The translations under genes were made by a program, and so were the position numbers. The notes beneath the pieces are model-generated. The model was given only the letters and a program-made list of their open reading frames with translations. It did no database searches and was not told where the DNA came from. DNA of 64,000 nucleotides, from positions 187,753-251,752 of the forward strand of contig NW_013657630.1 of the NCBI RefSeq assembly GCF_000142905.1, read 5' to 3'. Source of the DNA: Thecamonas trahens ATCC 50062 (lineage: Eukaryota > Protista > Apusomonadida). Shown in pieces: positions 46,801 to 58,200 of the stretch. Within the stretch, counting starts at the first letter, position 1; every line of letters starts with the position of its first letter.

Positions 46801-49800
46801 GCGCTTGTTCTGACAGGCGTCGCGGTGTGGCTCCAGCCGCTGCTTGCAGCGCACTACTGGTGGCTGAGGCGCCTGGAGGAGTGCAACAAAGCGCTGCAGG
46901 CGCTGGTGCCGAGCTCGAGCGGTGGTGCCAAGCGCAGCAGCGACATAAGCGCCGAGCTGGCGCTGAATGCTTTCGGTGATGCAGCGCTGGTGTGCGAGTA
47001 CTCGAGCGCGGTGGTGATGGCCAACGCAGAGGCCGGGCGACTGTTTGGGGCAAGCAGTCCGGAGGAGCTACATGGTTTGCTCCTCTCCGAGCTGGTGTCT
47101 GACCCGAGTACGCCGCTGGATCTAGTGTCCAGCTCGTCGTCGCTGGCGTGTCGCGCACGGCGGCTGGACGGCACAACGTTTGACTGCCAGCTCTCGTGTG
47201 AGACGGGCGGCGCGGCTGGGTCGCAGCGTGAGTCGAACGGGTTCCTCTTTGTGACTGCGCGGGATGTGAGCTCGCAACGGGCGGCGTCTGTGCGCGCGTG
47301 CGAGTTTCTGCTTCGGTCGACGCCGTACGGGCTGTTTATGTGGGATCCGATGGAGGAGGAGGGCTGGTACTCGGAGGCTGTGTCTGACATCTTGGGCGTG
47401 CCAACATCGACGGATGCCTCGCCCGAGGCGCTGCTACAGCGGGCGCTGATGCCTGCGGACTGGATTGTGATCCAAGGCGCGCTGGAGGATCTCGCACGGC
47501 GGATGCAGGGCCGCGGGCGGCGGCGGCGGTCAACCAAGGGCGAATCGTGGCCGGTGTATGTGCACCCAAACTTGTCGGCGCGGTTTGGCAACAAGCTCAC
47601 TATGGACAGTGTGCTTTCTGCGCATCCTGAGCTCCGCGAGCGGTCTATGGCACAGTCGCCGTGCTTTTCTGCGCTTGTGCGGATTAGCGCTGGGCGTGCT
47701 GTGCGGTACGTTGAGCTGTGCGTGACGTACCGGAACGTGGTGCTTGCAGGCTCGCTCCACGACGTGACGGCGAGTGTGACACGGGCGCTGTCGATGGGCA
47801 GCGGCGAGGCTGAGCCGTCGTCGGGCGTTGTGCTCTCGCACCACTTTCTGGCCGAGGCCTCGCACGAGATTGTGATGCCGCTGCACGCGATCATCTCAGC
47901 GTCGACAGCACTTGCGGCTGCGGATGACGGCAACGAGCAGCAGATGCGATTTGCACAGTCTGTGGCGTCATGCGCGCGGCAGCTGCAGAGTCTGCTGTGG
48001 GACGTGACGGTGTACTCGCGAATGGGCGAGGGCAAGCTTGTGTTCCAGTCGCATGCATTCGAGGTGCGGCCGCGGCTGGCGCACACTCTCGCGTTTGCGG
48101 TGGAGGCGTGCGCGGAGAAGGACGTGGAGCTTGCGGTTGTGGTCGACCCGCGGCTGCCGCAGACGCTCAAGGGCGACGGGTCGGCTCTGGCCAAGGTTGT
48201 GGAGAACGTGGTGCGGGCAGCGGTGCGGCGGACGAGTCAAGGTGTGGTTGTGGTGGAGGCGATGGCACAGGACCAGCTCGAGGCCGGGTCCGAGCTTGCC
48301 GCGTCGCTCCCTGCCACCGCGCAGGAGACAGACAGTGACGAGATCATGCTTGTGGTGCGCGTGGCCGAGACGTCGCCGGGCCTGTCCACGGCCGAGTCAC
48401 AGGCGCTGCTGGGCCACATGCAGTCTGTGGGCGGCGGCGACACGCTTGCGCTCACCATCTGCCACCAGGTGGTGACGATGATGGGCGGGAAGCTTGGGGT
48501 GGCGAAGGAGGCCGAGACAAGCTCTGTGTGGTTCACGCTTCCGATGGAGGTTGTGGAGTCGTCGCTGACGTCGTCGGATTTGATGACAGTCTCGATGTCG
48601 CGGCAGGCCGAGCTCGATGGCGAGGGCGAGCGAAAGGGGCAGCGGGGCGGCGCAGCACTGGAGCTCGAGCCGTCGCTGGAGCGGGTGCTCCTCTTCCACC
48701 CTATCCCGGCGATGGTTTCTGCCCTCACGACGGTCTTCCGGGCACTTTCACTCGACTCGGTGGTGGCAACGTCGCGGGTGGAGTTTCTCTTCAAAGCGTC
48801 GACGGTGGGACGGCGAGGAACGGTATTTGTCATCGACGAAGGCTCGACGTCGCTCAACATGGCATGGGCGCTGTCCAAAGTGGCGGCAACGTACCCGGAC
48901 GTGCCGATGGTGCTGATGTGCTCGGAGAGCTCTGTGTACCGGTTCGAGGCGATGCTTGGACCGCTGGCGGCGACGGTGACCAAGCCGCTTACCTCGTTTG
49001 CGCTGCTTGAGGCGCTCCACGCAGTGAGTCGTGCGGTGGGCAAGGGCGGGGCGACGTCGCTGGCGGAAACACCAGGGACAAACGCCGTCTCTGAGTCGGA
49101 CTTGATGAACATGCTGCAGGCGGCGACGACCGAGTCGCTGTCGAATGACGGGTCGGACGTTCCAAACGGGTCACGGAAGCAGTCCAGAGGCTCCAATCGG
49201 CGGAAGAAGAAGCGGCGGCGGCGGCGGCGGACGTCCAAGGGTCTCGACGCCATGTCTGGCAAGAGCACGACCGAGGCTGCGGCAGGCGACTCGTCGCTCG
49301 CGCGCGACATGGTGGAGAACGGCAACCGCAGCGCGGGTGGAGCGAGCAAGGGCCACGTTCTGCTTGTGGAGGACGACACGGTGAACCAGATCATGGCGAC
49401 GGTAATGATTCAGGAAGTTGGGTTTACGGTCGACACTGCCGAGAACGGGCTGCAGTGCGTGGACAAGGTCCGGGCAGACAGCGAGGGCAAGATCGACATC
49501 ATTCTTATGGACTGCGTCATGCCCGAGATGGACGGGTACGAGGCGACCGAACTCATCCGCAAGATCGAGTCCGAATCGCATCCGCGGCGAGTCCCAGTCA
49601 CCATCATTGCCTGCACCGCCCTCTCGCCGTCCGAGGTGCGATCGCGGTGCTTCCTCGCCGGAATGGATGACTTTGTGAGCAAGCCGATCCAGCACACGGC
49701 ACTTGCAGACAAACTCCACCTCCACATGCAGAAGCGGAAGAATCGCCTTCAGCCTGCTGTCATCAACGATGCGTCGTCGTCATCGACATCGGCCGTCGTG

Positions 49801-49806
49801 TCGTAA
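43805..49806 (+). CDS. Membrane-bound hybrid histidine kinase (multi-TM, two PAS, HisKA, degenerate HATPase, degenerate REC, intact REC); probable -1 shift near 44188
   Basis: PAS MANAEAGRLFG..ARRLDGTTFDCQLS; H-box FLAEASHEIVMPL; GDGSALAKVVEN; REC VLLVEDD..IILMDCVMPEMDGYEAT..CTA..GMDDFVSKP. Confidence 0.85.
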
Positions 49807-50240
49807 ACGAATCCACCGACGCTTATGCGCACTTGCTGCGTGTTTTTAGCCAGCGCTAGATGTGGTCATCATCAACAACCAGTCGTGTCTCCTCTGCAGC
49901 TGTTGTGGGAAGCTAGATCGAGTCGGCAGAGTCAGAAGCGGGACGAGAGTGTGTGCGAGTCGGCCAGCAGAGACAGTGTCGGTGTTTTTCTTTTCTCATT
50001 TTTTTCTCTATTTTTCCTTCCTCCCTCCCCGCATTGGCGAAAAGGGCACACAAATGCTATTATGGCGACTCTCCGGCGGCGGTGGCATTCATTTTGTGGC
50101 CAGGTGGCGAGGAGAGCGAGAGCGACAACGGGCACGGAAGGGGAGGGAGGGGAGGGGGGGGGGGGGGGACGGGGCAACACTTGACTCGAGCCAAAGCAAG
50201 AAGAGACAGAGAAAGGGTTCAGGGGAAAGTCTAGCTGGTC

Positions 50241-53200
50241 ATGCCCAAGCGTCGTGTCGATGACGTTGCGGAGGAAGAGCGCAGGTATGCCTCGGTGACC
50301 GCCGAGGTACAAATGGCGGCTGAGAACAAAACGGGCCAAAGTGCCGGCGACGGCATTGGCGGTGCTGGCGGTAGTGCTGGCGGCGACGGCGGTGGTGGAG
50401 ACGGTCGACGTGTGCGACGGAAAACATTGGCAAAATCATCGACGGATCCATCGACGGACCCATCGACGGACCCATCGACGGACCCATCGACGGACCCATC
50501 GACTTCTGTGGCGCCGATGGATGTTGCCGCTGCTGGCGGTGGTCCTGCATCGTCGTCAAGCACGAGTACGAGGACGAGAGCAAGGACAGGGGCACGGTCT
50601 GGGGCTAGGCAAGGTGGGGGAGATGATGGCTTGGTGATGGCAAGTGGTGGGCAGGATCAGCAGGATCAGCATGTTGATCTTGATGATTTGGTCAAGGAGC
50701 GAATTGCCCACGCTGAGTTGGAGCGTGCGAAGCAGAAGCAAGCTCTGGCCCAGGCTCTTGCCAAGGACGGTACGGTTGTGTGTGTGTGTGTGTGTGTGTG
50801 TGTGTCTGTGTGTGTGTGTGTGTGTGTCTGTGTCTGTCTGTGTGTGTGCGGTCCGCATGGATCATGGCTTTGATGAAAGGGGATGGGAGTTGGGTGCGGG
50901 TGGAGGGTAGGCACTCGTACAGCACTAACTTGGATGATGAACTGTGTTGGGAACGTGTGGCGCGCACGCATCAGATGCCGAAGCTGCGGACGATGGCGAT
51001 CCAAAAGCAGGCACTTATCCGCTTGACGCGCCCAAGGCCGGAGTGGTCGAGAACGTGACGATGTACAACTTTATGGCGTTCGACAAGCTGGAGGTGGACC
51101 TGGGGCCTAAAGTCAACTTTATCGCGGGCTCGAACGGGTCGGGCAAGTCAACGATTGTGACGGCGCTGATGGTGGGCCTGGGTGCGTCGGCGGCACGGAC
51201 CGGGCGCGGGGCGTCGCTGACGGCACTGGTGGGCGAGTCTGACGAGACGGCGATTGTGCGCGTCCGGCTCAACAACCGTGGGCACGGGGCGTACCGGTTC
51301 GGAACGTACGGTGAGAGCGTAACCGTGGAACGGATGCTGATCAAGGCGAACGGCGGGTCGCGGTACCGGCTGATGGGCGCGGATGGCAAGGCGAAGAGCA
51401 GGGAAGCCAAAGAGCTGCGGGCGATGCTCGACCACTTTTGCATCGACATCGAAAACCCGTACTGCGTCCTCGACCAGACGACGTCGGTCGAGTTTATGTC
51501 CAAGCACACGCCAGTGGATCTGTACAAGCTGTTCTTTACCGGAAGTGGTCTCCAGAAGCTGGAGAGCAACGTGGAGTCTGCACGGCGCGATGTGACGCAG
51601 ATGCGGCAGACGTACGACCACAAGGTTGCGCACGAGCGGCCAGAGATTCTGAAGAAGCGTGACGAGGCACGAGTCAAGTTTAATGCAATCAGGAGCCAGC
51701 GCGAACAGTTGCTCGCGCTCAACCAAGCCAAGAGAGGGTACGCGTGGGCTAGCGTGCGCGAGTTCGAGGTGTCGTGCGCCAAGCGGGCGACGAAGATGGA
51801 ATCCATCACCTTGAGCAAGTCTCGGCTCATGGCCAAGCTGAAAAAGTGCCAGGAGCGGCTGGAAGCGGCCCAGGCGGCCAATGGGAAGGCCGTGGCCAAC
51901 ATCGAGCGCATTGGCCAGGAGGTCAGGGCAACGACCGAGGCCGTCAAGCAGGCGCGAGATGACCTGCGGGTGGCGGAGCGTAGGAAGATGATGGTGAGCA
52001 GCAATCTGAGAGGGCACGAGGCGACTCTCAAGGACCTGTCGCTCGCAAAGGTGTCGTTTGAGCAGCAGATTGCCGCAATCGAGAACAAGATCTGCGCCAA
52101 GTCAGGCTCGCTTGCTGTGTACATGCAGCAGCAGGAGCGCGACAGCGTCTTGCTCGGCGAGGAACTGAGAGGAGCAAGCGCGGAGCTCGAGGCGACCAAC
52201 GCGAGGTACCAGAGCGTTTTGGCCGAGAAGCACGCTGTCAGTGCACTGATGGAGGAGGCCAAGAATGAGCACGCGTCTGCGAGGCGCGAGCTGTTGCACA
52301 TCAAGGACGAGAGGGCGCAGCTGGAGGCATCAGCCAACAAGCGACTGGCACGGTTTGCGCCGCGGCGCGGTGACGTGGTCCAGCTGGTGGCGATGATTGA
52401 CAAGGCTGCGTCACGCGGCGAGTTTACCCAACATCCGCTGGGCCCGATCGGGCACATCATCAAGATACAGGGTGGGAGCAAGTGGCTGAAACCTGTGGAG
52501 CATCACTTGAGCAAGGAGCTCATGGCGTTTGTAGTGGCAACGCGGGAAGACGAGGGGCTGGTGTGGAAGCTGTCGCGCGCGTGTGGGTACATGGCCAAGG
52601 TAACGACGATCCGGACGGCGTTCCGCGACGAGGTCTACGACACGCGCAGCCGGCGGCCAGGCCAGGGCATCCTCACCATGCTCGACGTGATCCGCGGCCC
52701 GGCTGTGATTCTCAACGTGCTCATCGACATGTGCAGCATCGAAGCGCACGCGCTGGTCGAGACGTCCAGCGACGGCAAGGCATTGATGCACACCGGGAGC
52801 GCGAGCCGGCGAGCGAATGTCCGCGCTGCGTGGACGCCCAAAGGCAACAGGTTCGAAAATCGGAACGGTAGTAAGATACATTACCGGGCCCACAACCGAA
52901 CGCTGCTGCTCGGCTCGATGTCGTCGTCGCTCGAGGGACTCAAGAAGCGGGCGGCCGAGGCTAGCGCGGCCAGGGAGCAGGCGGCCGAGAGCTTGCGGAG
53001 CATGCAGGCCAGAAGCGACGCCCTGGGGCACATGTTGACGAACGCCAAGCGTGAGCGGGATCAGGCCACCACTAAGGTGACTTCGCTCGAGAAACAGCTG
53101 GAGAAGTTGACCGAGACCGACGACTCGCTGCTCGGCGACGACCTTGCCTCGGAAAAGTCGCATCTTGAGCTCGTGCTGTTGCGTTTGGCAAAGGTCCAGG

Positions 53201-54155
53201 CGGCGGTTGAGGAGCAGCGGGCAAAGCTGGATGAGGCCGAGGCTGAGGCGGTGAGTGCGAAGAAGCAAATCAAGGAGCTTTCGGCGCATCGGACGGAGAT
53301 GGCCAACGAGACGCGTGCGGCCAATGAGGAGGTCTACAAGGCGACGGAGGCTCTGGTCTCTGCAGACCACAAGTTGAAGAGCTACCAGGCGAAGCTAGAG
53401 AAGAACAACCAGAAGCACAGTGTTACAAAGGCCTCTCTCTTGGAGTTGGAACGCAAGGTGAAGGACATGATCAAGGCTGCGCAGAAAATGGGCGAGCGCG
53501 TCGAGACGAAGCTCAGCCAGAGCGAGGCACGAGACGAGGTGGTGCGGCTTAAGGAACACCTCAAGCGGCATCGCGACAGCTACGGCGACACGGCGACGAT
53601 TTTGGCCAACTATCGCAGCTGGCGTGCTCGGGTGACGTCCATCGACAAGCACCTCGCCGAGGTCATGGCCGACATGGATGCGCTGGAGGCAACGATCAAA
53701 GAGCTCGAGAAGCGCAGAGACAAGTACAAGCGTCAGGCCAAGGGCAAGATCCATCGGCTTTTGGCCGTCTGCTCCAAGTCTCGGCGTTTGTGGGTGAGCT
53801 CGACTTTGACGACGACAGGCGCAAGCTCAACCTGCTGGTCGCGGTCAACAACTCGCGTGACGGGACGAAGCGGCCGGTCAAAGACCTCTCTGGAGGTGAG
53901 CGGTCGATGGTCATGGTCGCGTACCTCCTTTCGCTCTGGCATGTCATCGGTGGGCCGTTTGGCGTCATGGACGAGGCCGACGTCTTTATGGACGTCGCCA
54001 ACCGAGCGGTATCCATGGAGATCATGGTCAAGATGACCCGCAAGCAAGTCGGCATGCAGACCATCTTTCTCGTGCCTGACGCCACAAACGTGCCAACCGG
54101 CGAGGGCAACGACGACGTCACCATGTTTGTCATGCCTGGCCAGGCGCAGCGGTAA
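50241..54155 (+). CDS. SMC6: Structural maintenance of chromosomes protein 6; intron 50770-50974; -1 shift near 53760
   Basis: NFM, NFIAGSNGSGKS, IENP..VLDQ, hinge PLGPIG, LSGGERS, MDEADVFMD; CACTAAC branch point. Confidence 0.9.
50438..50502 (+). repeat. 12-bp coding repeat (STDP)x5 in the SMC6 N-terminal tail
   Basis: TCGACGGACCCA tandem. Confidence 0.9.
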
Positions 54156-54265
54156 ATATGTGGCCGATGCGTGGGTGGAGAGAGGCCCAATCGCCCTCGT
54201 TTCCTGAGCTGATCTGGCGGCAGCTGCTGTGGCCGATGCGAGCGTGCTGATGCCAAGGTGGACGC

Positions 54266-54718
54266 CTACTGAATGGCCATAATGCGACCCCATGACATAA
54301 AGAGGTAGACCGCAGCTGTTGCAGTCCCCCAGATAGCGGCACTCCAGCCAGGCATGGGGAACTCGCCCGATGTGTATGAGGCCGAGAGGACAACACCAAA
54401 GAGTGAGCCGAGGGCCAAACCAGTAAATGCACCGACGATAGCAAAGCCAAAGGGAAAGAGTAGTGCAGAAAGATGCTCACGAAACGTATATAACGCCACA
54501 CATCCAGCCATAAAGTAGATCTGTCCCGATGGCATTCCATAATTTCCATAATGAGTATACCCATGCCCATCATGCATGACATGACGTAGTGCCTCTCCCC
54601 CGACTCTCTCTCTCTCTCTAACACATACTGTTGTGCACACCACAAGCACCCACACCATGACATGGACCCAGATGTCAGTGAACGACACCAGAGTTCGGGA
54701 GAAGATGTCGTCGAGCAT
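54266..54718 (-). CDS. TMEM170: TMEM170-family ER membrane protein; exons 54718-54629 and 54520-54266
   Basis: SFTDIW..VW...|IYFMAGCVALYTFREH...Y....PM....IWG....SWGRIMAI follows the TMEM170 pattern; GTATGT..ACAG intron. Confidence 0.75.
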   Translation of the reverse strand: MLDDIFSRTLVSFTDIWVHVMVWVLVVCTTVCVRERERVGGEALRHVMHDGHGYTHYGNYGMPSGQIYFMAGCVALYTFREHLSALLFPFGFAIVGAFTGLALGSLFGVVLSASYTSGEFPMPGWSAAIWGTATAAVYLFMSWGRIMAIQ

Positions 54719-54923
54719 GTGGCTCTCTCTCCCGCCACCGCTACCGCCTCTTCTGCCTGCGAGCTAGCGGCTCTGTTGGGGGGGGGCGGCAGTAGAGGGC
54801 TTGTCGTCGCTGCCACTATGAACACTACGAGAAACAATCGAGAGTTGATGAGTGCAACAAGAGACAATCGATGAGGCTGTGAACGATAACCTTAACGTGT
54901 CACAATCGATGGACGATCGCGAT

Positions 54924-55043
54924 CGATAAGACCAACGTGCTACAATCGATAAACGATAAAACTGACGTGCTACAATCGATATACGATAAAACCAACGTGC
55001 TACAATCGATGTACGATAAAACCAACGTGCTACAATCGATAAA
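54924..55043. repeat. 30-bp tandem repeat (GATAAAACCAACGTGCTACAATCGATATAC-like), about 4 copies
   Basis: directly visible, between divergent genes. Confidence 0.9.
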
Positions 55044-55254
55044 ACGCTGTCTCAGGTCAGTTGCAACGCTGGCGAAGCGACGGCAGTCGACTCCCCCCCT
55101 CACCTCTCCCCCCCCCNNNNNNNNNNNNNNNNNNNNNNNNNNNNNNNNNNNNNNNNNNNNNNNNNNNNNNNNNNNNNNNNNNNNNNNNNNNNNNNNNNNN
55201 NNNNNNNNNNNNNNNNCCCCCCCCCCCCCCCCCCCCCCTTCCACCGCCCAAACC

Positions 55255-58200
55255 ATGGGGAAACAAGCAGAATACCTTCTGGTGTTCTTCTTTCTCGTAA
55301 CCACCCTCCAGCAACATGTGTGGGCAGGCTCTGCTTCCTTCTCATGCACACCATACACAGACAACGTCCTCACAACAGCCACAGGTACCATTGCTTTTGT
55401 ACGTGCTTGCTGTCCGGTCGATGCGTCGAACAACAGCCTTTCTCCCCGCCCCACCCGCAGCCCCCACCCCCTGTCCTCCTACGCTCGGTATACCTGTTAC
55501 ACCCCCTTCAAACTACCCTATGAGGTATATACCATGCCGATATTCCTCGATGATACCTTTTTTTAGACTCTGACAATGGCTATCCCACACCGTAGCGTGT
55601 CCAAGCCATGGCCGTCCCTCGCGACTCGGTGTCGGTTCCGAGCGGATGAACCATTCGTTTGGTGGACGAAAGGCTTTTTTTTGTCTTCTTTGCCGGTGCG
55701 AAACCATCAAGGAATTTGCTGGTGCCAGGTGCTCGTGTTCCACACACCACCAAAGTCATATAACATCGGTGAGGGGTGGGGGGGGGGGATATATGGTGGT
55801 GGCAAAGAGTGATGGCGGGAATATCAAAATATTTCCGAGTTCTGGGCTCTCTGTCTTGCTCGCCAGACGATGCGTGGCCGTTGGTGGTTTTTTTTTTTTT
55901 GCACACGGCGCGTTCCGCACACAGCACGCCGTCGTTGTTGACTCGACCTCGCGTTCTGTATCGACCTCCCTGGCGCATTCCACTCGCCATTGCTTTGCGC
56001 CATATCGCCCCTGCCACAGCAAGCTCCAGTCGAAGCGATTTGGCTCATCGATCGAGCGCATCCACGTGGTTTGATGCCGTTTTTTTATTCCCTCCCTCCA
56101 TTCTCATCTTCTCACTCACCATCTAACAGGGCACGTATGCGGCCGAGTCTCGTTGTTTCTGGCGTGTCCAACCATCCACTGCAGGTGCGACGGACAAGAT
56201 TCAGCTCACCATCAACTCGTTCGACCTCGAGTCCCTCTTTGACTACATCATGATCTACGATGGCGACAACGCGGCCGCACCGGTCATCGGCATGCTCTCC
56301 GGCACTACGCCGTCGACAACTGTGTTTGTTAGTTCGGGCCCGTCGATGTATGTCGGCCTGTATGCCGACTCGGGGACCTTTGGCGCCGGCGTCGACTTTG
56401 ACTACGTCGTGGTCAGCTCGGCCGCAACAACGACACTCGGCCCATTCCGCCACTGCGGGACCGAGATCACCGCCGCCAGTGGAACCATCGGCGTTCCTGC
56501 GGTCGGCCACGAGTACTATCCGCCGTTTCTCGAGTGCATCGTCACACTCACTGTCCCCAGCGGCGCTGTCGAGCTCTCGTTCCCTTTATTCTCCATTGAG
56601 GCCGACTTTGACCTGCTACGCGTCTTTGACGGACCGACCATCCAGTCCGACATGATCGGCGCGTGGTCAGCAACGCCGCCACCAGCGAGTGTCAAGGCCT
56701 CGCAAGCTTCGGTAACCCTCTATTTCATGTCCGACTACGAGACCTTTGACCTCGGGTTCCAAGTATCCTGGAGCTCAGGCGCTGGCGCCGCAGCGCCCAC
56801 GCCGGCCTGCGCCGGCCTCACCACTGTCACCTCGACTGGAGTCTCCATCGAGTCGCACACGCCGTACACCGGCAACTACGCACCGTACTCGCACTGCGCC
56901 TGGCACCTCACCTCGGTCGATGCCACCAAGCTCGTCTCGATCACCTTCTCTACCTTTGTCACCTTGGACGACACTGACTACGTCTACTTTTATGATGGGC
57001 CGGACGACAAATCGCCGCTCGTCACCGCCTGGTCGGGCACTCACTCGGGGAGACCATTCGCTCGCTCTCTGGACCGTACCTTTACATTGTTTTTGACGCT
57101 GATGACTTTGGCCAGTTTGCAGGCTTTACCGGCTCATGGTCGCTGGTCCCTGCCTCGCCTGCCCCGCCCGCGCCGCCTCCAGACGGGCCCAACTGCGTTG
57201 GCCACCAACGAATCACCGTCCCGCCTGGCGGGTCAGGCACGATCTCAATGCCCGACCCTATCACCTCGGCCAACTACGCCCTTAATCTGCTCTGCTCCTG
57301 GACGCTTGTCGCCGCCTCGGGCACCATCCGCATCACCTACACCATCCACGACCTCGGCGGGGGTGACTACTGCAGCATCAAGGACGGCGAGCGGCTCAAC
57401 TCGGTCCCGCAGGTAACCACTATCTCCTCCTCGGTCCCCTTTGTCTTTGAAACGACAGGCAGCACGGCGACCATTGACTTTGTCTCGGACTCGGGCGGCA
57501 GCTCCGATGGCTTTGTCTTCAACTACGACAACATCCTTCCCCCGGCGCCGCCTCCACCACCCAACCCACCGCCACCGAGTCCGCCACCGCCGCCCTCTCC
57601 GCCACCGCCACCCTCTCCACCGCCGCCACCCTCTCCACCGCCGCCGCCGAGCCCACCGCCACCGCCCTCTCCGCCACCGCCACCCTCTCCGCCGCCACCG
57701 CCCTCTCCGCCGCCGCCACCCTCTCCACCGCCGCCGCCGAGCCCACCGCCACCACCCTCTCCGCCACTTTTCACCCTCTCCGTCGCCGCCGCCGCCGCCT
57801 CTTTTGTCCACCGCCACCACCCTCCCCGCCGCCGCCGCCCTCTCCACCGCCGCCGCCGTCTCCGCCGCCGCCGCCGTCTCCGCCGCCGCCGTCTCCGCCG
57901 CCATCGCCTTCCCCGCCGCCGCCACCTTCTCCGCCGCCGCCGCCCTCTCCTTCTCCGCCGCCACCGCCCTCGCCGCCGCCGCCACCACCATCGCCGCCGC
58001 CACCGCCCTCGCCGCCACCAGCGATCCCGTCCCCACCACCACCACCCTCCCCTCCTCCGCCTCCTTCTCCACCACCTTCCCCACCGCCGCCGCCCTCGCC
58101 GCCGCCGCTACCACCACCGTCCCCGCCTCCCCCACCCCCTCCATCGCCATCGCCGCCACCCCCCTCTCCGCCGCCATCTCCGCCGCCGCCACCGTCACCG

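Noticed and set aside
50241-54155. Prokaryotic SMC-like defence system (Wadjet/Lamassu)
   Set aside because: This is an intron-containing canonical eukaryotic SMC6 with a hinge and no partner genes
57765-57810. Biological frameshifting inside the SPPPP repeat
   Set aside because: Stray TTTT runs in a repetitive GC tract give two +1 shifts, which looks like low-quality consensus
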